A stretch of 45,876 bases of DNA from Octopus sinensis (lineage: Eukaryota), in assembly GCF_006345805.1 (NCBI RefSeq), contig NW_021834678.1, positions 1 to 45,876 of the forward strand, written 5' to 3'. The notes under the pieces are model-generated. The model did not search any database. It was given only the letters and a program-made list of their open reading frames with translations, and had not been told where the DNA came from. This document shows positions 24,096 to 36,076 of this stretch, in pieces. Within the stretch, counting starts at the first letter, position 1. Every line of letters starts with the position of its first letter. The translations under genes were made by a program, and so were the position numbers.

Positions 24096-24420
24096 TGTGC
24101 AAGCGCAAGGCTGAGTGGTTAGAGCATTGGGCTTATGATCGTGAGGTTGCGAATTCGTTTCCCCGCCTGGGCTGTGTGTTATGTTCTTGAGCAAGGCACT
24201 TTATTTCACGTTGCACCTGAGTTGCTACGTCACTGGTGTCAAACTGCATTGTCCTTTGCCTTTACTTTGGACATCATCGATGGTGTGGAGAGGTGAAGAT
24301 TGTATGCATGGGCGACTGCTGGTCTTCTACAAACAGCCTTGTCCGGTCATTGTACCTAAGGAGGGAACTTTCTTGATGCAATACCACGGCCATTCGTGAG
24401 CGTAGGGCATCTTTACTTTT
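24096..24420 (+). mobile_element. SINE family B (diverged)
   Basis: Colinear with 14473-14817. Confidence 0.85.
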
Positions 24421-24480
24421 ACATTATAGGTATGTATACATATGTATATGTATATATTTCTATATAGGTATATATATATA

Positions 24481-24535
<55 letters not shown>

Positions 24536-24539
<4 letters not shown>

Positions 24540-24743
24540 TAATCCAAACAAGAAAGCACAAAAGAAAACACACAACAACGCGAGGACGTGGAACAAATAA
24601 GTATTATTGGACGCTCAGGAAAGAAGGAAAGAAGGAGGGTTTAACGTTTCGAGCGGAGCTCTTCGTCGGAAACATAGGAGAAGGAAAGATCCAGAGAAGG
24701 GAAGACAAAGTAAAAAAGATCGCCAACGGTACACACGAGGTCT
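24536..24743 (-). mobile_element. PLE-type terminal repeat family E
   Basis: Nearly identical in reverse orientation to 30333-30521, flanked by (TA)n, and carries a hammerhead-like fold. Confidence 0.8.
24639..24673 (-). ncRNA. Minimal type I hammerhead-ribozyme-like motif (U4C core variant)
   Basis: GUUU-CCGACGA-A-GAG(CUCCG)CUC-GAAAC-GUU-AAAC: stem I, stem II and a palindromic stem III. Confidence 0.6.
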
Positions 24744-25048
24744 ATATATATATACATATAATTAGAAAAACAACCACTTTTTGTCAATTCAAAATGAACA
24801 ATTAAATTACACCAAAATTACATATAATAGAATGTTAAAATTAAAATAACAATGAAATAACAATGATTAAGTAAATTGCAAAAAAATAATAAAAACGTAT
24901 ATAATTGGTATTCTACCAATCATATACATTTTTAAAAATTATATATATATATATATTATGTGTGGAATTTGATTTAGTATTTCTAAATTGAATTTTTTAC
25001 CCTCTAAGTTAGGTTTAATATTCCCTCAAATAATTGTTACACAAACAT

Positions 25049-25085
<37 letters not shown>

Positions 25086-25354
25086 CACACACATATACAC
25101 ATATATATAAATATAAATGTGTATATGTATATATGTACGTGTGCGTGTGTGTACGTGTAATAATTACTGATATCTTTATATATTATATATGTATAGCATG
25201 ATGTTATTCATGTATGTATATTGTTATAATTGTCCTTTTAGTAAATAAATATATAAATTGACTTATATAATGTCTAAAAGTTGATGAATACCACCTATTG
25301 ATCCCCTCCATTTTCTTATTGCTCTCTCTCTCTCTCTCTGTACATACATATATA

Positions 25355-25409
<55 letters not shown>

Positions 25410-25596
25410 ATATATATATATAACACACACATATATGTATTTATATATATATATATGTTTATACACGAGCGTACACACATTCGTACAGACATACAAACGC
25501 AAGACTCACACAAACAGACGCACACATACACCCATACGCACACATGCACACAGACACACAAACATACAAACATACATACATACATACATACATACA

Positions 25597-25682
25597 TGAA
25601 GGCTAAAACAATGCGAAGCGCATTGTGACCGGCGATGTGAAGCAACATCTGACAGCCTGGTCGATCACGTGATCACGTGATA
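25597..25682 (+). mobile_element. Solo SINE C tail fragment
   Basis: tgaaggctaaaacaatgcgaagcgcattgtgacc...atcacgtgatcacgtgat. Confidence 0.8.
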
Positions 25683-25994
25683 TAATGGAGAGTGTGTGCA
25701 TGAGAGAAAGTGCGTGCGTGTATGTGTGTATGTAGTGGTGGGTTGTAAGCTAATCAAATACAAATAACAAACAACAACGAAATTCTAATGGATGTTCACA
25801 GTAAATATTGTGAGGTAGACGAGCAAAGAAATAAAAACGTTACATAATATAATTATAACGCTTCGAATATGATTCTTCTGCGGACACTAAAGTCCAGGGA
25901 GTCTGGGAAGAAACAGATAAGAAGAAAGGAGATTGATGATAGAAGACAGCGAAGAAGATACGTACATGGGTTAGCTTTACATACAAAAGTAATA

Positions 25995-26206
25995 CTGGTT
26001 TCAAAATTTGGCACAAGGCCGGTTATTTAACTAGAAGGGTGTAAGACGATTACATTGACCCCAGTAGTCATCTGGTACTTATTTTATAGCCCCAAAAGGA
26101 TGAAAAGCAAAGTCGACAGTGCCAGAATTTGAACTCGGACGTGAAGACGGGCGAAATGCTGCTATGTATTGTGCCCAGTATGCTAACGATTCTACCATCT
26201 CGCCGC
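25995..26206 (-). mobile_element. SINE family D monomer (diverged)
   Basis: aaaaggatgaaaagcaaagtcgacagtgccagaatttgaactcgg. Confidence 0.75.
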
Positions 26207-26883
26207 TCTTCGCGATAGAATTAATATTAACACCCAAAGGTAATATTTATCTCCACTTAAATCTAGATGCTGTTTTAGAACACAAAATACTGCATTATTT
26301 ACCACGAAAGAGCCTCTCATATAGACTTATGGTGCAAATAAGTGCTTATGTCGCTCACTGGATATAATCCTCCAACCGGAACGGCCAGATTACGTGATTT
26401 CGCTCTTTCTTTGCCGTGTCAGTATCAGACGTCCTAGACTAGATATAGCAGCGATTACCCTGTCAGCGATATACATAGAAATACAGTGTATATTCAAGCA
26501 GCAATTTTAAAATTTAAGTCTTTTGTTACTAATTGGTTAGGCCTTTATAAGAGCATTATTTGATGACCACTGAATCTCAAATCTAATGCACTTGAAAACC
26601 ACACACCTTTCCAATGCACTTTTGGTATTTTTCATGTTCCATATCGAGGCAAGTAGAAAGGAAAATAGATTATTCCATGCTGGTCTCTGAGATTAATCCA
26701 TGCTGTTCAATGAATTGGCTTTACCGAGTAAACAGTACCGATCATGATTATGTAATATCGTACTATTTTCTATTTTTCCTGTTGATTTCGCCAAATTTTA
26801 CAAAAAGCGAACGCCTATGTCGATCTGCACTGCTTATATTCATTAACATATTAGGCTCTCATGAACAATAAAAGAAATAATAA

Positions 26884-27176
26884 CAATCCTTTCGACTATA
26901 GAAACAAGGCCTAAAATTTTGAGGGAGGCGGATAGTCGGTTATACCGACCTCAATGCTCAACTAATAATTACTTCTACTTTAGTCACAAGGCCTTGAAAA
27001 TTTTGGGGGAAGGGGGCTAGTCGACCCCAGTGCGTAACTGGTACTTATTTAATCGAGGCCGAAAGGATGAAAGGCAAAGTTAACTTCAGCGAATTTGAAC
27101 TCAGAACGTAACGGCAGACGAAATACCGCTAAGTATCTCGCCCGGCGTGCTAACGTTTCTGCCAGCTCGCCGCCTT
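26884..27176 (-). mobile_element. SINE family D (partly dimeric)
   Basis: gaaaggatgaaaggcaaagtt...gaatttgaactcagaacgtaacggcagacgaaatacc...gccagctcgccgcc. Confidence 0.85.
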
Positions 27177-27608
27177 GAGTGCTCAACTAATAATGGCAGG
27201 AATTAAGCTTTAGACCTAAGAACCAGATCAAACACTGCAGAGACATTAGAGGAAAAATATGCTTTTGTTCGAGTAGTTTACGTTCAAGATTTTAATCTCA
27301 TCTAGATCAATTGTGACATTCATCTCACCGTGCCCCGCCGGGGTAGATAAAATTAAGTACCCGTCGATGGTCTCAAATACTTTCTCTTCCTTGAAAATCG
27401 TTAGCTTTGTGCCTAAAATACTTAAGAACATTTTGGCAGCGTTATGAGGTAAAAAGAAGTTATCGCATATGTGCGCAAGAGAAGGAAAGTAACTTACTAT
27501 CGCATTGTATAAGCTACAGTTTTTTTCTTGCAGAAGATAATTTGAGGCAGCCTTCCCTGATACGTGGAGTGAGGTCTCCTGGATTTGAATAGTGAAAGAG
27601 GAAGATAC

Positions 27609-27670
<62 letters not shown>

Positions 27671-27794
27671 ATATATATATATATATAACAAAACTTACTT
27701 GGAAGATATGAAACGAAACGAAAACGAATCGAATCGACGCGAGGGCGCTCAGTCATACAATAATGGTAATATATGTATATATTATATATATATA

Positions 27795-27839
<45 letters not shown>

Positions 27840-27896
27840 ATATATATATATAGAGAGACAGAGAGAGAGAGAAGAGAGAGAGGGGGGGAGAACTAC

Positions 27897-28063
27897 GGTA
27901 TTTCGCCTGTCTTTACGTTCTCAGTTCAAATTCCGCCGGGTTCAACATGGCCGTTCATCTTTTCAAGATCGATAAAATAAATAACAGCTTCGCACTGGTG
28001 TCCATGTAGAAGATTTAAGCCTTCCTCTGAAATTGTTAGCTTTGCGCCAAATTTCAAGCCAAT
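27897..28063 (+). mobile_element. SINE family D second monomer
   Basis: ggtatttcgcctgtctttacgttctcagttcaaattccgccggg. Confidence 0.75.
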
Positions 28064-28069
28064 ATGAGA

Positions 28070-28236
<167 letters not shown>

Positions 28237-28387
28237 ATTGAACGACGCTTAGTATGCTGTAAAGCATTCTATTGAATACTCAGCTAACTTAACACTGATT
28301 AAATAAGTACATGTAAAGCATTGATTCCGATGCACTCGATTGAAACTAAGCCGCATAAAGCGGCCCTTTATATTAGAAATTCTTACT

Positions 28388-28547
28388 AGGAGTGGCTGTG
28401 TGGTAAGTAGCTTGCTTACGAACCACATGGTTCCGGGTTCAGTCCCACTGCGTGGCACCTTGGGCAAGTGTCTTCTTCTATAGCCTCGGGCCGACCAAAG
28501 CCTTGTGCGTGGATTTAGTAGACGGAAACTGAAAGAAGCTCGTCGTA

Positions 28548-28581
<34 letters not shown>

Positions 28582-28868
28582 CATATATATATGTGTATGT
28601 GTGTGTGTGTGTGTATGTGTGTGTGTATGTATTTCTGTATGTATATGTGTGTGTATATGTTTGTGTGTCTGTGTTTGTCCCCCCCCCCCAACATCACTTG
28701 ACAATCGACGCTGGTGTGTTTACGTTCCCGAAACCTAGCGGTTCGGTGAAAGAGACCGATAGAATAAGTACTAGGCTTACAAAGAATGAGTTCTGGGTCG
28801 ATTTGCTCGACTAAAGGCGGTGCTCCAGCATGGCTACAGTCACATGACTGAGACAAGTAAAAGAGTAA
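28388..28868 (+). mobile_element. SINE family A
   Basis: Full-length match to 7528-7940. Confidence 0.9.
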
Positions 28869-28933
28869 GTATATTAGTTAGTTCAGTGCCTTTGCATTCT
28901 GTGTCTCATTGGCTGCTAAGTACCTGGTTCCAT

Positions 28934-29075
28934 GGGAAAAAACTAAGCTGCGAGCTTTAGATTCCTTGAGAAAAGGATCGAATATATACGAAACATGGAC
29001 GGAAAAACGGACGATGTTACACGAATATAAATACAAAAATCAACAATAATAATAATAATAATAATAATAATGACT
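28934..29075 (+). repeat. Unclassified interspersed repeat F, short copy ending in (TAA)n
   Basis: Matches 31998-32228 (aactaagct.cgagctttagattccttgagaaaagg.tcgaat.tatacgaaac). Confidence 0.8.
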
Positions 29076-30003
29076 GGAATAGCAAGAAAACTGTTTGGCA
29101 TTGGTCTTTGATCCTATATGAATTTGTTTAGGATTCGCCTGTGCTATATTTTTGGTAACAATATCAAATAGATATGTGTGTGTTTGTGTGTGCGTATGTG
29201 TGCGTGCGTATGTGTGCGTGCGTATGTGTGCGTGCGTATGTGTGCGTGCGTGCGCGCAGGTGTGTAGGTGCATAGAGTGTTAGGTGTGAGGTACGAAATT
29301 GAATATTGAGAAAAAAAGGTCGTCAGAATTTTGAAAAAAATGTTTTTTTTAATTTTTTCATTATTATTAGCGCTTTCGCTCGTTTCTAGAACTTGTCAAA
29401 TAAACTTTTGTGAATGTACAAGCAGCTTGTTCATTTATATAAAACAGATGTTTATTGGGGGTTTTGTTTAGAAGAAGAGAACATTGCTTTTGTTTTCTTG
29501 GGTGAGGTTCCACTGACAATGGAGATAGATAGATAGAAATATAGGTAGGTATATAGGCAGATAGATGGATAGATTGATAGACAGACATACATATATATAT
29601 AGAGAGAGAGATAGACAAACAAATTGACAGATATGTAGAGAGAAGGAGAGAGAGAGAAGGGTAAATGGCTAAATAAATTAATGAATAGTGAATAAGAAAT
29701 TCCCTATTCATTAATTTATTTAGCCATTTACCTTTCTATTGGAATGGGTTTAAGGATGGTAACCACTTAAAACAACAACAACAACAAAAGCACACAGGTG
29801 CGCTGTGGTCATCACTGAAAGCCTTTTTGCTGCCTCTTTGCTTCTTTTTTTCCTCTTTCTTTCTGTTTCTCCTCTTTGAGTTATATTTAGAATGCAAAAT
29901 GTACTGTCTACTCTTTTCTTTCAGACATTCAATTGTGGAGAGATGTTTTTGATGAAATGCAGTTCCGCATGAAAAAACATTAGTCTAATATTTGCAAATT
30001 AAA

Positions 30004-30310
30004 AATGTGTGGTAAGAAGCTTGCTCACCGACCACATGGTTCCGGGTTCATTCCCACTGCGTGGGGGCCGACCAAAGCCATGTGAGTGGAATTGGTAGAC
30101 GGAAACTGAAAGAAGCTCGTCGTATCTAAGTTTATATATATATATATATAAACTTAGATATGTTTCGACCAAAGATTGGTCCAGGCCATGTCTAACTTAA
30201 TAGTTATAACTTATATATATGCATGTGTGTGTATATGTTTGTGTGTCTGTGTTTGACAACCGATGCTGGTGTGTTTATGTAAAAAAGAGTAAAAGTAAAA
30301 GAGTAAAAAA
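30004..30310 (+). mobile_element. Internally deleted SINE family A
   Basis: Family A head, a partial middle region and the (gtaaaaga) tail. Confidence 0.8.
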
Positions 30311-30332
30311 AGAATATATATATATTTCAAAT

Positions 30333-30521
30333 GTGACCTCGTGTGTACCGTTGGCGATTTTTTTCCCTCTGTCTTCCCTTCTCCTATGTTTCCGACGAAG
30401 AGCTCCGCTCGAAACGTTAAACCCTCCTTATTTCCTTCTTCCTGAGCGTCCAATAATACTATATTTGTTCCACGTCCTCGCGTTGTTGTGTTTTTTTTGC
30501 TTTCTTGTTTGGATTAACTTT
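30333..30521 (+). mobile_element. PLE-type terminal repeat family E
   Basis: Reverse complement of 24536-24743; its 3' end ggattaactt abuts (TA)n. Confidence 0.8.
30388..30422 (+). ncRNA. Minimal hammerhead-ribozyme-like motif (U4C core variant)
   Basis: gttt ccgacga a gag ctccg ctc gaaac gtt aaac. Confidence 0.6.
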
Positions 30522-30543
30522 ATATATATATATATAGATCATA

Positions 30544-30596
<53 letters not shown>

Positions 30597-30849
30597 ATAT
30601 AATATATATATATATAATCTATATAGTAAATTCTAGAACATCCCATGCTACACTTATATATACCTTAACGTTTGTAGTGATGAGCTACATTTGGAACACA
30701 GGTTCGTGTGTCACATAGCTAGCTAGAGGCGATGGCCTCTTGGAGCTAATCAACGGCAGCATTCGTCGTATTTTTCTGGACTGCCATGTTAGCTTGGCGA
30801 TGACTATTTATGTGTGTGTGTGTGTGTATGTGTGTGTGTCTATGTGTAT

Positions 30850-30888
<39 letters not shown>

Positions 30889-30891
<3 letters not shown>

Positions 30892-31243
30892 CGCAATGGC
30901 CCAGTGGTTCAGGCAGTGGACTCACGGTCGTGGTTTCGATTTCCAGAACGGGCGTTGTGAGTGTTTATTGAACAAAAACACCTAAAACTCCAAGAGGCTT
31001 CGGCACGGGCATGTGGTAAACCCTGCTGCTTTCTTTCTCCACTACTTTCTCTCACTCCTTCTTCATGTTTCTGTAGTACCTGTATTTCAACGGGCCAACC
31101 TTTTCAGACTGTGTGTCTCGCTGAGTCTCCCAGAGAACTAAGTTAAGGGTACGTGGGTCAGTGGAGTGCTCAGCCAATTGCACGTTAATTTCAAGAGCAG
31201 GCGGATCAATTGCGACCCTTGTCGTTGTAACCGACTGAGTCCC
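30889..31243 (+). mobile_element. SINE family C (tail type 2)
   Basis: Same head as 15371 but a different 3' half (gttaagggtac.cgtg...gtcgttgtaaccgac). Confidence 0.85.
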
Positions 31244-31273
31244 ACAATACATATATAATATACATACACACAT

Positions 31274-31335
<62 letters not shown>

Positions 31336-31804
31336 ATAATATATATATATATATATATATTCTATATATATACACATTTTCTACTTATTCCGTATGTCTT
31401 CACTGCGGCATACTAGAGGACTGCCTTACAAGGTTTGCTCGAAGGGTAAAACCACTTTTCTCTCCTTTCCTAAGCATTTGCTAATACTTTGTATGTACCA
31501 CGTCCCCATGTTGTTGTTCTTTCTTGTGTTTGTTCTTCGTTTATTATTTTTTATTTACTATACATACATATATATATATGCAGCACGGACTTTGTCAGTG
31601 AACAGGTCGCGGATTTTAGCGACGAAAATATTTTGACAAATTAAACTTAAATGTTGGAGTGAATCGAACGGCTTTTGTGTGTTCTTAAATGGCTTATAAA
31701 CACCTTACACGCTGCAATTTTTCGTTTCAGCACACGATCGCAGATCAAATTACTTGCTATGCGAGTACATCTCCCTATATATATATCTATATAATATATA
31801 TAGA

Positions 31805-31842
<38 letters not shown>

Positions 31843-31846
<4 letters not shown>

Positions 31847-32170
31847 CAAAATGGGACAAGAACGCAAAACATTCAAATAGACGATACAAAAAACACGGTT
31901 GGGTCATTCGAAGCCTTTGGTCTTCAGTCAAGAACTGGATCATCCTCGCAATTTCGGCTGATTAATCTTGAGATTGCTCCAATCTGGCCAGCCCCTAGGA
32001 AAAACTAAGCTACGAGCTTTAGATTCCTTGAGAAAAGGGTCGAATGTATACGAAACAAGGACGGAAAAACGGACGATGTTACACGAATATAAATACAAAA
32101 AATACAAAAAAAAAAAACAAAAATTATACGAATATAAATACAAAAAAACAACAACAATAATAATAATAAT

Positions 32171-32207
<37 letters not shown>

Positions 32208-32228
32208 GTAATAATAATAATAATAATT
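31843..32228 (+). repeat. Unclassified interspersed repeat F, long copy between (TA)n and (TAA)n
   Basis: Its 3' part is shared with 28934-29075. Confidence 0.7.
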
Positions 32229-32609
32229 ACAATAGGACATAACAACAAGCGTCTTTTGACTGGAGGCGAATTGAATTTAGCTGGCGTGTTGAGAATTAAG
32301 CCTTACAGCAGAGGAAAAGAACGATGTGACCGTGGTCCAACGCAAAAAGGGCTAGTAGTCGGTCGGCGGTCACGTGAGAAGAGAAGAGATAGAAAAAGAG
32401 GAGCAAAGGAATTAAGGAAGTGGAGAAGAGAGAGAAAAAGACGAGCAAAGGAATTAAGGAGAGGGAGAAGAAATAGGGAGAGCGTGTACACCGAAGAATC
32501 AAAGATTGGCGAGAAAAAAGAGAAATACAGTGACATAGTGAAGTGCAAATTAAGAAAGGCAAAGAAATGTGAGATAGGAAAGAAAGAGAGTGAAAAACAA
32601 ACGATGTAG

Positions 32610-33655
32610 ACATGTGTATAAAGAACAAGCAATTGTATTATTTTGACGTTTCGAACCTACGCTGTTCAACAGAAAGGAACACAATGAAATAAATAGAGAG
32701 AATAAAAAAAAATGTAGATTTAGCGGTCAATCATAGCGACTGGTTAGACAGGAGAGTTAGGAAGAAGGGGAAAGGAATAAATTGCCGGTGGTCCCAAAAC
32801 GAAGGTGCGCCTGCGTGTGTGTATGTGAGAATGTGTAAGTTTGTGTGTGCGGATATAGGCTAGTGACTTTGATGTGTGGATGTGTGCGTGTGTGCGTCTG
32901 TGTGTGTCGGTGTGTGGATGATGGTATGGGTGCTGGGAGTGGTCAGTGCTAGTGTGTGCGGAGTGGTGTGGGGCGGTTCGATGTGGTGTGGTGGTGTGTA
33001 GCGTGGCGGTTTTGGGGTGTTGGGATGTGAGGGTGGGCTGTGGATTTGGGGTGAGGTATCTGGGGTGGGGTGTAGATGTTGGGAGTATCAATGATGGTAG
33101 GTAGGGAGGACTGAAGAGAGGATAGAAGGGAAGTCAGATGAAGAGGAAAGGGGATTTGAGCCCATGTGGTGCAAAAGAAAGAAGAGAGAAGACTAATTCT
33201 TGTTCACGGTGAAGGCGGGAGTCCGGATGGCCTCTGTACAAAGACAATCCGAACACAGACAGGTGTTGTAACTAATGAGCGGTAGAGCGGAAATTTCGCG
33301 AGACCGGGGTGTCATTGCCGTGTCTAATGTCTTGGAGATGCTCCGCGAACCTGTCAGCGAAGCGGCGTCCCGTTTGACCGATGTACAGTGAAGGGCAGAA
33401 AGAGCAGGCAGGAGATTCAGTAAATTACATTGCTAGAAGTGTAAGTAAACTTGTCAGTGATATGTTAGGGACGATGATGGGTGCCTGTGAGGATGGTGGT
33501 GTTTGGAGATATAGGAGTAAGTATGACAGCATGGCTAAGAGCAGGTGAACAAGCCAGGATAGGAGGTGGGGTTAGGGAAGAAACTGTGGAGCAGGATGTG
33601 ACGTAGATTGTGGGTTCGTTTGAAGGAGAAAAGGGGTAGGTCGGAGAAGATGTGC
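32610..33655 (-). mobile_element. Penelope-like element (third lineage): GIY-YIG domain, CA-rich 3' repeat and hammerhead-like motif
   Basis: The - strand reads HIFSDLPLFSFKRTHNLRHIL...FTYTSSNVIY*ISC/SFCPSLYIGQTGRRFADRFAEHLQDI...EQELVFSLLSFAPHGL. The 3' part 33140-32610 matches 40720-41243. Confidence 0.9.
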
Positions 33656-33661
33656 GAATAT

Positions 33662-33857
33662 ATATATATATGTTCGTGTGCCTGAGTTTCCCCCCTCCCC
33701 ATCATCGTTTTTCAACCGATGTTTGTGTGTTTACATCCCCGTAACGTAGAATAATTTCTACGCATACAAAGAATAAGTTCTGGGTCGAGTTCTTCGGCTA
33801 AATGTGATGATCCAGTATGGCCGCAGCCAAATGACTAAAACAAGTAAAAGAATAAAA
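33662..33857 (+). mobile_element. SINE family A 3' half (diverged)
   Basis: caaccgatgtttgtgtgtttacatccccgtaac...ccagtatggccgcagccaaatgactaaaacaagtaaaaga. Confidence 0.75.
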
Positions 33858-33893
33858 TATATATATATGTGTGTGTGTGTGTGTGTATGTATG

Positions 33894-33927
<34 letters not shown>

Positions 33928-34804
33928 TGTATGTATGTATGTATGCATTTGCGGGGTGTGTAAGCATCGTATATATTCGGCTAAGACGCTTGATAATTCT
34001 CATTTCCAATACCTTCTTTTTAATTTGTTTTGTAACATGGGATACAATATACAGAGTATTTCTCTACTCTCTCTCTCCTCTCTCTCTCTCTCTCTGCTTA
34101 TATTACATTTTACTTCTTACATAATTATACTCACTCCATTCAGCAAAATACCTCTAAAGGAATCAACTAACGAACCTAAAAACCTTGCGTTATGTGGCGT
34201 GACAGTATTAATAATGTTGTGAAAATAACGAGCTCCCTCCCACCAAGCTAAAAAAAAATAGGCTTATTAAACATATGGTTATTAAACATATGGAATATGA
34301 TTCCCTATTCATATTTATTCATAAAGCCACATCTCTACTAATTAATCTCCGACCGTCAATTACACACACACACATACATGCACACACACCTTCACATACA
34401 CAAATCTATCTTTCTATGTACATACATAGTATACATATTTATATATTCATATATATGTTTGATATATATACATATATATACACGTCTATACATACTATAT
34501 ATATAGATATATTTATATATATGTACATATAATATATATATATATGTGTGTATATATATATTGTTAGGCATGGCATTATAATGTTACTTATATTAGTAGC
34601 CCTACAATATTTTCTGCTGGCAATTTTGAATGCAGAGATCAGCGATCCCTGATGAGTTTGTTATGGAAGACGAAACTGAGATTTCGCTCCCCATTGAGCT
34701 TGAAAAATGTATGCGTATAACTTTATACACATACATAGATATGCATATACTCATAAAGGCATTCATCCATACATACATACATACATACATACATACATAC
34801 ATAC

Positions 34805-35060
34805 ATCATTGGAGAACAAGGCTTTGTTAGTAAATGCTTAAAGGAGAATCTGGATAAACTGGGATTTTCAGAAAGAGAAATCGACCGGCTAATTCGTACA
34901 TTACAAGAGCAATCTTTGAGTGGAACAGTAAAAATATGCGACTTCTCCAGTTCCAAATGTGAATTTGTCTGTGTTAAATACATCCCAAAGTTGGAACCAC
35001 GCATCTTTGTTGGAAACCGGTTCCTTCCTCAATGGAAGATTGATAATAATTAAAAAAATT
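34805..35060 (+). mobile_element. Second RLE-type non-LTR 3' terminal fragment
   Basis: IIGEQGFVSKCLKENLDKLGFSEREIDRLIRTLQEQSLSGTVKIC aligns with VTSGALGYVTHCLNSNLESLGFSNPERRKLI at 8520-8615. Confidence 0.75.
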
Positions 35061-35177
35061 AGAAGAGACATACATACATACAACACAATAGGATTTTTTA
35101 TAGCTTCTGTCATCCAAATAGTTATGGCAATGCATGACTACATAATTAAGTATATATTTCTTTATATTAAGTATATA

Positions 35178-35408
35178 TTTCTTCATTGCCCACAAGGGGC
35201 TAAACACAGAGGAGACAAGCAAGGACAGACAGAAGGATTAAGTCGATTATATCGACCCCAGTGCGTAACTGTTACTTAATTTATCGACCCCGAAAGGACG
35301 AAAGGCAAAGTCGACCTCGGCGGAATTTGAACTCGGAACGTAATGACAGACGAAATACGGCTACGCTTTTCGCCCGGCGTGCTAAAGTTTCTGCCAGCTC
35401 GCCGCCTT
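35178..35408 (-). mobile_element. SINE family D first monomer plus spacer
   Basis: Reverse complement of 15721-15950. Confidence 0.9.
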
Positions 35409-35429
35409 ATATATTTAAAATATAAAAAA

Positions 35430-35610
35430 GCTTAACACTTTAGTGTTGAAACCGGTCATGTCTGGTCCATATTTTCTACCTGTTTTATAATCAAACCAAG
35501 CAGAACTGGTATTTCATACCAACCTATAATGCCATTCTAAAATTAAGCAATCACACCTTTGAAATCTTGCAGCTGTGAGATAATGCATGATTGACTTTAA
35601 ACAATGATGT
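35430..35610 (+). mobile_element. Possible piggyBac-type MITE fragment
   Basis: Begins ttaacactttag.gttgaaaccgg (TTAA plus CCCT-like end). The family assignment comes from recall of similar octopus repeats and is unverified. Confidence 0.35.
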
Positions 35611-35939
35611 CTTGCAAACAACTTGCACATTCATGTGCCACCAGTACAGAACTCCGCATACCAGAAGCCAGCAAGTGTATGGGATCATTAGGAGAGAGTG
35701 TGCGCTGTTTCGAGGCCTGCCTCTCGACGGCATCAATGCGCACCTCACTGATACGAGGCCCCGCTTGCTAGATCAACTGGTTATTAAATAAAGCTCAATA
35801 TTTCTCATCGTCTCTTTTTAACCAAATCCAGTGGCTAGCCTTCTCCACTGTAGTTTGGATATCGGTCATGGTGTGTGTGTGTGTGTGTGTGTGGTGTGTT
35901 GTGTGTGTGTTGTGTGTGTGTGTGTGTGTGTGTGCTGGT

Positions 35940-36076
35940 ATATTCGTTAGCACGTCTTTACGTTCTGAATTCAAATTCTGCCAAGGTCAACTTTGCCTTT
36001 CATCCTTTCGGAGTCGCTAAAATATGTATAAACCCGCTACCCTCAAATTGCTGGCCTTGTGCAAAAAAATGAAACC
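35940..36076 (+). mobile_element. SINE family D monomer
   Basis: tctttacgttctgaattcaaattctgccaaggtcaactttgcctttcatcctttcggagtcg. Confidence 0.8.

Noticed and set aside
31968-32609. Longest ORF (213 aa, K/R/E-rich with poly-I)
   Set aside because: It is built from repeat F, (TAA)n and a purine-rich tract with a ~42-bp tandem duplication, and has no domain-like sequence.
33417-33419. In-frame TGA at a conserved Cys (NVIY*ISC) in the PLE endonuclease, suggesting selenocysteine as in Naiad PLEs
   Set aside because: The copy has other stops, a 4-nt frameshift and Cys-to-Tyr changes, and its endonuclease is C-terminal. Ordinary decay explains it. It would only matter if TGA were in the family consensus.
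35700-35745. Possible further hammerhead-like relics (- strand CCGUCGA-GAGG/CCUC-GAAAC here; also near 36195-36230 and 9350-9385)
   Set aside because: The core or stems I/III are broken and there is no second copy in the window to establish a consensus.
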